DNA of 64,000 nt from contig OY776510.1 in assembly GCA_963675665.1 (NCBI GenBank), positions 1,504,001 to 1,568,000 on the forward strand, in the 5' to 3' direction. The stretch comes from Spirochaetia bacterium (lineage in GTDB: Bacteria; Spirochaetota; Spirochaetia; UBA9216). The position numbers and the translations under genes are program-made. Positions within the stretch are counted from its first letter, which is position 1. Each line of letters begins with the position of its first letter. Below are positions 59,179 to 64,000 of the stretch, one piece after another. Below the pieces are notes generated by a model. The model saw nothing but the letters and a program-made list of their open reading frames with translations, was not told the DNA's origin and searched no databases.

Positions 59179-59457
59179 ATGAAAACTGGACTTGTAAATA
59201 CAATTTCAGCTGATTACAGACTGGATGAACTATTGAATGTCGCTGCTGATGCTGAGAGAAAGCATACCGATGGTATGCAAATCGAGGAGGGCCGCACTGA
59301 CGGATCTGAGGGAATAGAGAGTTCAGGATTAAACTATTTTTCGAATACTTTAATGGAAGGTCCGGTTCAAAGAGAGTTTTTAATATTCTATACAAAAATG
59401 ACAATAGACGGCACATTGATACAGAACAAATATAACACAATATACGGGATAGGATAA
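59179..59457 (+). pseudogene. Short ORF, probable deletion relic of a sugar-phosphate isomerase/epimerase (TIM barrel)
   Basis: Strong AGGAGG SD; MKTGLV..DYRLDELL start and HTDGMQIE / TLMEG blocks resemble AP_endonuc_2 proteins, but only 92 aa. Confidence 0.4.
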
Positions 59458-60170
59458 TGGAACTGCAGGAAATAGCCGATATGATTGATCACTCTCTTTT
59501 GCGACCGGAGCTTACAACTGCAGAGATAGTCGAGGGGTGCAGGCTTGCTGATAAATATCATTGCGTCTCAATATGCTGCAGACCTTCCGATGTTAAGTTG
59601 TGTACAGAAGTTCTCCGGGATTCCAAAACCATAGTAACAACAGTTATAGGTTTTCCTCACGGCAGCAGTCTGACCGGAATAAAGGTTCTTGAGGCTGAGA
59701 CAGCATGCAGAGACGGTGCTGTTGAGCTTGATATGGTAATAAATATAGGCAGACTGTTGTCCGGGGATTATGAGTATGTAGAAAATGATATCAGAGCTGT
59801 TGCCGAGGCTGCTAAAAAATACGATGCAATTATAAAAGTAATACTTGAAAATTGCTATCTGGATGATGAACACAAGCGCATAGCCTGCAGACTTAGTGAA
59901 AAAGCCGGTGCTGCATTCGTAAAGACTTCAACAGGTTTTGGAAAACCAGCTGATGGACGGGCTACAGGAGCTACTCTGGATGATTTAAGGCTCATGCGGG
60001 AGGAATGCAGTTCTTCTGTAAAAATTAAAGCTGCAGGTGGAGTGCGCAGTTTAACCGAAATGTTGGAAGTAAAAGCAGCCGGAGCAGACAGGGCCGGTGC
60101 AACGGCCACAAAATCGATAATGGAGGAGGCAAAGCAAAGAGAACTTGAGGGAAAGCTGGAAATTGTATAG
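59457..60170 (+). CDS. deoC: Deoxyribose-phosphate aldolase
   Basis: IDHSLL, VIGFPHG, ELDMVINIG, KVILE, FVKTSTGF, KAAGGVR. Confidence 0.95.
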   Translation: MELQEIADMIDHSLLRPELTTAEIVEGCRLADKYHCVSICCRPSDVKLCTEVLRDSKTIVTTVIGFPHGSSLTGIKVLEAETACRDGAVELDMVINIGRLLSGDYEYVENDIRAVAEAAKKYDAIIKVILENCYLDDEHKRIACRLSEKAGAAFVKTSTGFGKPADGRATGATLDDLRLMREECSSSVKIKAAGGVRSLTEMLEVKAAGADRAGATATKSIMEEAKQRELEGKLEIV

Positions 60171-60200
60171 ATTGTAACCTGGATGAAATAAGGATATGTT

Positions 60201-60959
60201 ATGGAGAAAATAGATTACAATTCAGGAATGCCGCTTTATCTTCAATTGAAAGATATAATAAAAAAACAGATTATGGCAGGCCATTATTCGCCTGGAGTAA
60301 AGATTCCAACAGAAGAAGAATACTGTAAAAAGTATGATATCAGCCGTATTACTGTGCGGCAGGCGATCAACTACCTTGTACAGGAAAAGCTTCTGATTAG
60401 AAAGCAGGGAAAAGGAACCTTTGTAGCTTCGGCAAAGATGAAAAAGCACCTGCCTAAATTGTACAGTTTTACTGAAGACATGATTGCAGAAGGACGAACT
60501 CCTGATTCGATTATTATGAACAGCTCTGTTATGGATGCAGATGAAGAGATTGCAGGAATACTTGAATTGCCGGAAAGCAATAAAAAGGTTTTTAAGCTTT
60601 GCCGTGTGAGGCGGGCAGATGAGGTTCCGATTCTTTACGAAACCACCTATATACCTGATTATCTTTGTCCGGAACTCGGCAGGTTCGATTTTTCACAGGT
60701 GTCTTTATATAAGGTTCTTCAGCAGGAATATGAATTAATTTTTAAATATGCGGAGGAGAGATATGAGGCTTCTCTTTTAAATAAGGAAACTGCGGTTATT
60801 CTTGAAACTGCAATGAACGATCCGGCGTTTAATATATATCGTGTGGCATTTCTGGAAGACAGCCGACCGTATGAGCTGACATATGCAACCGGAAAAGGCG
60901 ATTCATTGAGTTTTACAGTTACTCTGGTTCCTGAAACAAAAATAAAACGCAATTATTAG
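60201..60959 (+). CDS. GntR-family regulator, HutC/UTRA subfamily
   Basis: PLYLQ, IPTEEE, SRITVRQA, QGKGTFV, SFTEDM, SLY. Confidence 0.95.
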   Translation: MEKIDYNSGMPLYLQLKDIIKKQIMAGHYSPGVKIPTEEEYCKKYDISRITVRQAINYLVQEKLLIRKQGKGTFVASAKMKKHLPKLYSFTEDMIAEGRTPDSIIMNSSVMDADEEIAGILELPESNKKVFKLCRVRRADEVPILYETTYIPDYLCPELGRFDFSQVSLYKVLQQEYELIFKYAEERYEASLLNKETAVILETAMNDPAFNIYRVAFLEDSRPYELTYATGKGDSLSFTVTLVPETKIKRNY

Positions 60960-61030
60960 GAGTTTTTTTAATTGGTTCTAATATTATAACATTATATAGA
61001 TATATTATAATAAGGGCGTACAGGTTTTTT

Positions 61031-61879
61031 ATGAAGACAAATATATTTGAATTAAAAGGACAAACTGCGGTCGTTACCGGGGCCGGCGGAGAACTGGCCG
61101 GAGCAATATCAATCGGGCTGGCTGAATTGGGTGTAAAGGTAGCTGTTCTTGATATAAATAAAGACAAAGCTGAGAACTGCACGGATAAAATAAAGGCCGG
61201 CGGGGGATTTGCAAAAGCCTATGTCTGTGACGTACTCGATGCCGGTCAATTAAAGGAAGTTTATTCTGAAATAAAAAAAGACTGGGGTACTCCGGGGCTG
61301 CTTTTAAACGGTGCGGGCGGTAATCATCCCATGGCAACTACAGATAACGAGTTCCTTGAGCGTGAAGATTTGAATAATGAAGAGTTAACCCGGATTTTTT
61401 TTAATCTTGATATGAAAGGTGTTGAGGCAACATTTGCGTTAAATTTCTACGGCACATTTCTTCCTTCCCAGATTTTCAGCAGGGGAATGATTGAGAACGG
61501 CAGGGGATCAATTGTAAATATCTCATCAATGAACGCCTTTACTCCACTGACGAAAATTCCTGCATATTCCGCCGCAAAATCATCCGTATCAAATTTTACA
61601 AGGTGGCTGGCTGTGCACTTTTCGCATGCGGGAGTCAGGGTTAATGCAATTGCTCCAGGTTTTTTTATGACGGAACAATTACGTTTTTTACATATTGATC
61701 AGCAAACAGGTGAATATACGCCAAGAGCAAAAAAAGTTGTTGAGCATACACCGATGGGTCGTTATGGAGAACCGGAAGAGCTGCTGGGAACAGCTGTATG
61801 GCTTTTTTCGGAAGCTTCAAGCTTTGTAACCGGGGCTGTGATCCCGGTAGACGGCGGCTTTTCTTCGTATGCTATTTAA
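61031..61879 (+). CDS. SDR oxidoreductase, D-mannonate oxidoreductase (UxuB/YjmF)-like
   Basis: NGAGGNHP, SSMNAFTPLTKIPAYSAAK, HTPMGRYGEPEEL, VDGGFSSY. Confidence 0.88.
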   Translation: MKTNIFELKGQTAVVTGAGGELAGAISIGLAELGVKVAVLDINKDKAENCTDKIKAGGGFAKAYVCDVLDAGQLKEVYSEIKKDWGTPGLLLNGAGGNHPMATTDNEFLEREDLNNEELTRIFFNLDMKGVEATFALNFYGTFLPSQIFSRGMIENGRGSIVNISSMNAFTPLTKIPAYSAAKSSVSNFTRWLAVHFSHAGVRVNAIAPGFFMTEQLRFLHIDQQTGEYTPRAKKVVEHTPMGRYGEPEELLGTAVWLFSEASSFVTGAVIPVDGGFSSYAI

Positions 61880-61889
61880 GGAGAAGACA

Positions 61890-62744
61890 GTGAGTGAGAC
61901 TGAATATACAGTACCGAATGAACTGCCGGTAAAAAAAGCAAAGATAGATTTAAGCGGGCAGAAAGCTGTTATAACAGGGGCAAGTAAAGGTATTGGCTCT
62001 GCTATAGCGTTAGAGTTGGCGGAAAGCGGGGCGGATGTTCTTATAAATTACTATTCGGACAAGACCGGCGCTGAAGAGGCTGCCGATCTTGTGGAAGCAA
62101 CGGGACAGAAGGCTCTTCTATTCAAGGCTGATGTATCAGACGAACAGAATGTAATTGATATGTTCGCCGCCTGTAAAAGAGAATTCGGAAGAGTCGATAT
62201 CTGTATTCCCAACTCAGGCATCCAGAGAAATGCGCCCTTTGCTGAAATGACGCTGCAGGAATGGCAAAGGGTAATCGATGTGAATTTGACAGGTCAGTTT
62301 CTTGTATCCCGGGAAGCAGTAAAAATGTTTCTTGATCAGGGGATAAACAGCAAGATCTCGTATTCAGCAGGCAAAATTGTATATATGAGCTCGGTTCATG
62401 ATGTAATTCCCTGGGAAGGCCATGTAAATTATGCAACAGCCAAAGGCGGTATTATGCTTATGATGAAATCAGTAGCACAGGAGCTGGCCCACAAACGAAT
62501 CAGGGTTAATTCTGTTTCGCCCGGTGCGTGCAGAACTCCAATGAATGTGGAGAAGTTGACAAGTCCCGAGGAATTTGAAAATACCCTGCTGCGGCTGATA
62601 CCCTATAAAAGAATTGGTGAGCCGGAAGATGTTGCAAGAGCTGTAGCATGGCTGGCTTCTGATTCCTCTGATTATGTTAACGGTTCAACAATTTACGTGG
62701 ACGGCGGAATGTGTCTTTATCCCGGATTTATCGGAGGAGGTTGA
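61890..62744 (+). CDS. SDR oxidoreductase, glucose 1-dehydrogenase-like
   Basis: TGASKGIG, SSVHDVIPW..NYATAKGG, IPYKRIGEPED, DGGMCLYP. Confidence 0.9.
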   Translation: MSETEYTVPNELPVKKAKIDLSGQKAVITGASKGIGSAIALELAESGADVLINYYSDKTGAEEAADLVEATGQKALLFKADVSDEQNVIDMFAACKREFGRVDICIPNSGIQRNAPFAEMTLQEWQRVIDVNLTGQFLVSREAVKMFLDQGINSKISYSAGKIVYMSSVHDVIPWEGHVNYATAKGGIMLMMKSVAQELAHKRIRVNSVSPGACRTPMNVEKLTSPEEFENTLLRLIPYKRIGEPEDVARAVAWLASDSSDYVNGSTIYVDGGMCLYPGFIGGG

Positions 62745-62746
62745 GA

Positions 62747-63928
62747 ATGCACCTGAATGAGAAACGAATAATTACTTTCAGAAAAGAACTGGAATTAAAC
62801 GGTCTGGATGCCGTAATTGTTCAGAAGCCGGAAAATGTTCTTTTTTTAAGCGGCTTTTGGCCGATGATTGGGATGTCGGTTCTTGTCTTGCCTGTATCAG
62901 GGAAGCCTGTCTGTATAATTCCTGACTGCTATAAAAACGAAGCCGAAAGCTGCCTTTGGGAGGCTGAAGCTGTATTTTACAAATACGGGCTTCTCGACTC
63001 CCCTGATCCGGAAGAGGCTATAATAAAAATCTTGGACGCTTTAATAAATAAAAGAAGCCTGAAGAGAATCGGCCTGGAATTGACCTCCGGAGTATCCGCA
63101 GTGTCCTGGAACAGTGCTGAGTTCATCCCTCCTTTGAATTGCATAAAAGAATTTCTGTCTGAAAATGAATCAGTCTCTAATTTGATCGATATTACTCCAC
63201 TGATTCAGGAACAAAAGCTGCGAAAGACCGAATATGAGGCGGAAAAGATAAATATCGCAAATGAAGCCGCCTGCAGAGGTCTCGATGCTTTTTATAAAAA
63301 TGTGTGCCCGGGGATTTCCGGAGTGGAACTTGTCGCCGAGATTGAGAAAGCTGTTATGACAGAATCAACCGCTTCCGGCTTGAAAAGGGTACGCGCTTAT
63401 GCCCAGGTTGCTGTCGGGGCGGATGAAACAGCTTCAGCATACAGACCGAACGAGATCTCCACAAATCGAAGGCTGCTTGACGGAGAAATTGCCATGCTTG
63501 AACTTGGAGTGACAGCCGACGGTTATTGGGCGGACCGGACCAGAACTGCAGTAGCCGGAAGAAATACCCCGGAACAACTGAAGATTTTTGATATAGTGAC
63601 AGAAGCACAGGAAAGGGCCGTTTTAAAAGTCCGTGCCGGAATAATGGCTTCGGAAGTTGATGAGGCAGCAAGAGCGTATATAGTTGAAGCCGGTTACGGA
63701 AAGTATTTTCCGCATATCACCGGGCACGGCGTAGGTTTTGTTTATCATGAACCAGGGCCGTTTATCCGGCCGGGAAACAGCCAAATCCTTGAAGAAGGTA
63801 TGATCTTCTCCATAGAACCGGGTATCTATATTCCGTCTTTCGGAGGCGTAAGGATAGAAGATAATGTTCTGGTTACGTCAGACGGAAGTAAAACTCTCGG
63901 CCCGTTTAGAAAGGCTCAATCGGCTTGA
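62747..63928 (+). CDS. M24 family metallohydrolase (Xaa-Pro peptidase/creatinase fold)
   Basis: Creatinase_N region; GYWADRTRT, HITGHGVG..HE, FSIEPGIY, GVRIED. Confidence 0.92.
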   Translation: MHLNEKRIITFRKELELNGLDAVIVQKPENVLFLSGFWPMIGMSVLVLPVSGKPVCIIPDCYKNEAESCLWEAEAVFYKYGLLDSPDPEEAIIKILDALINKRSLKRIGLELTSGVSAVSWNSAEFIPPLNCIKEFLSENESVSNLIDITPLIQEQKLRKTEYEAEKINIANEAACRGLDAFYKNVCPGISGVELVAEIEKAVMTESTASGLKRVRAYAQVAVGADETASAYRPNEISTNRRLLDGEIAMLELGVTADGYWADRTRTAVAGRNTPEQLKIFDIVTEAQERAVLKVRAGIMASEVDEAARAYIVEAGYGKYFPHITGHGVGFVYHEPGPFIRPGNSQILEEGMIFSIEPGIYIPSFGGVRIEDNVLVTSDGSKTLGPFRKAQSA

Positions 63929-64000
63929 ACTCGGCGCTGAAACTGTCTTCGACTGATCTGTGGGAACTGCCGGGGATTCAGACAGTATACGGGCCTGAAT

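Noticed and set aside
46518-60170. Sulfoquinovose (sulfo-EMP) or standard sialic-acid pathway
   Set aside because: The AGE motifs are of the GlcNAc 2-epimerase type rather than YihS; no sulfoquinovosidase, SLA reductase, NanA, NagA or NagB in the window (they could lie outside it)
346-63671. Many 60-220 aa ORFs antisense to or overlapping the annotated genes
   Set aside because: No motifs or start signals; they are shadows of well-supported CDSs
63916-63999. Minus-strand frame FRPVYCLNPRQF.. resembling an AraC C-terminus
   Set aside because: Too short and degenerate at the window edge to support
46300-64000. Island as an integrated mobile element
   Set aside because: It looks more AT-rich by eye (not computed), but no integrase, transposase, tRNA or direct repeat was found

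Overview
A gene-dense bacterial window. The gene set and order (TPAT tatT-dctP-dctQM; slt-uppP-ftsK; mnmE-mnmG-rsmG without dnaA; FecR and LPP20 lipoproteins) suggest a free-living spirochaete; this is inference. No rRNA, tRNA, CRISPR array, transposase or phage gene was seen. From 1 to 46 kb the window is mostly core. It holds a Zn/Mn ABC transporter, an unknown protein paired with a membrane-bound LuxR, a giant HPr-domain protein, a DNA-repair-like operon, a TPAT transporter, pepT, alr, an envelope lipoprotein operon, mnmE/mnmG/rsmG, a TPR protein, an Hsp70-SBD/LysM protein, slt, uppP, ftsK and several transporters. From 46.3 to 64 kb is one co-oriented sugar/amino-sugar catabolic island: two AGE epimerases, two GATase1-like proteins, PfkB, LacI, GntR, a sugar ABC system, a ureidoglycolate-lyase-like cupin, a C-GCAxxG-C-C protein, DeoC, two SDRs and an M24 hydrolase. 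It carries clear operator palindromes and relics of a second ABC copy. The best leads are the uncharacterised catabolic island, the putative synthase plus membrane LuxR pair, the Hsp70-SBD/acidic/TM/LysM protein, the split giant HPr, widespread leaderless gene starts, a CTG start codon and a triple-hairpin element. All annotations come from reading motifs by eye; no database searches were run.
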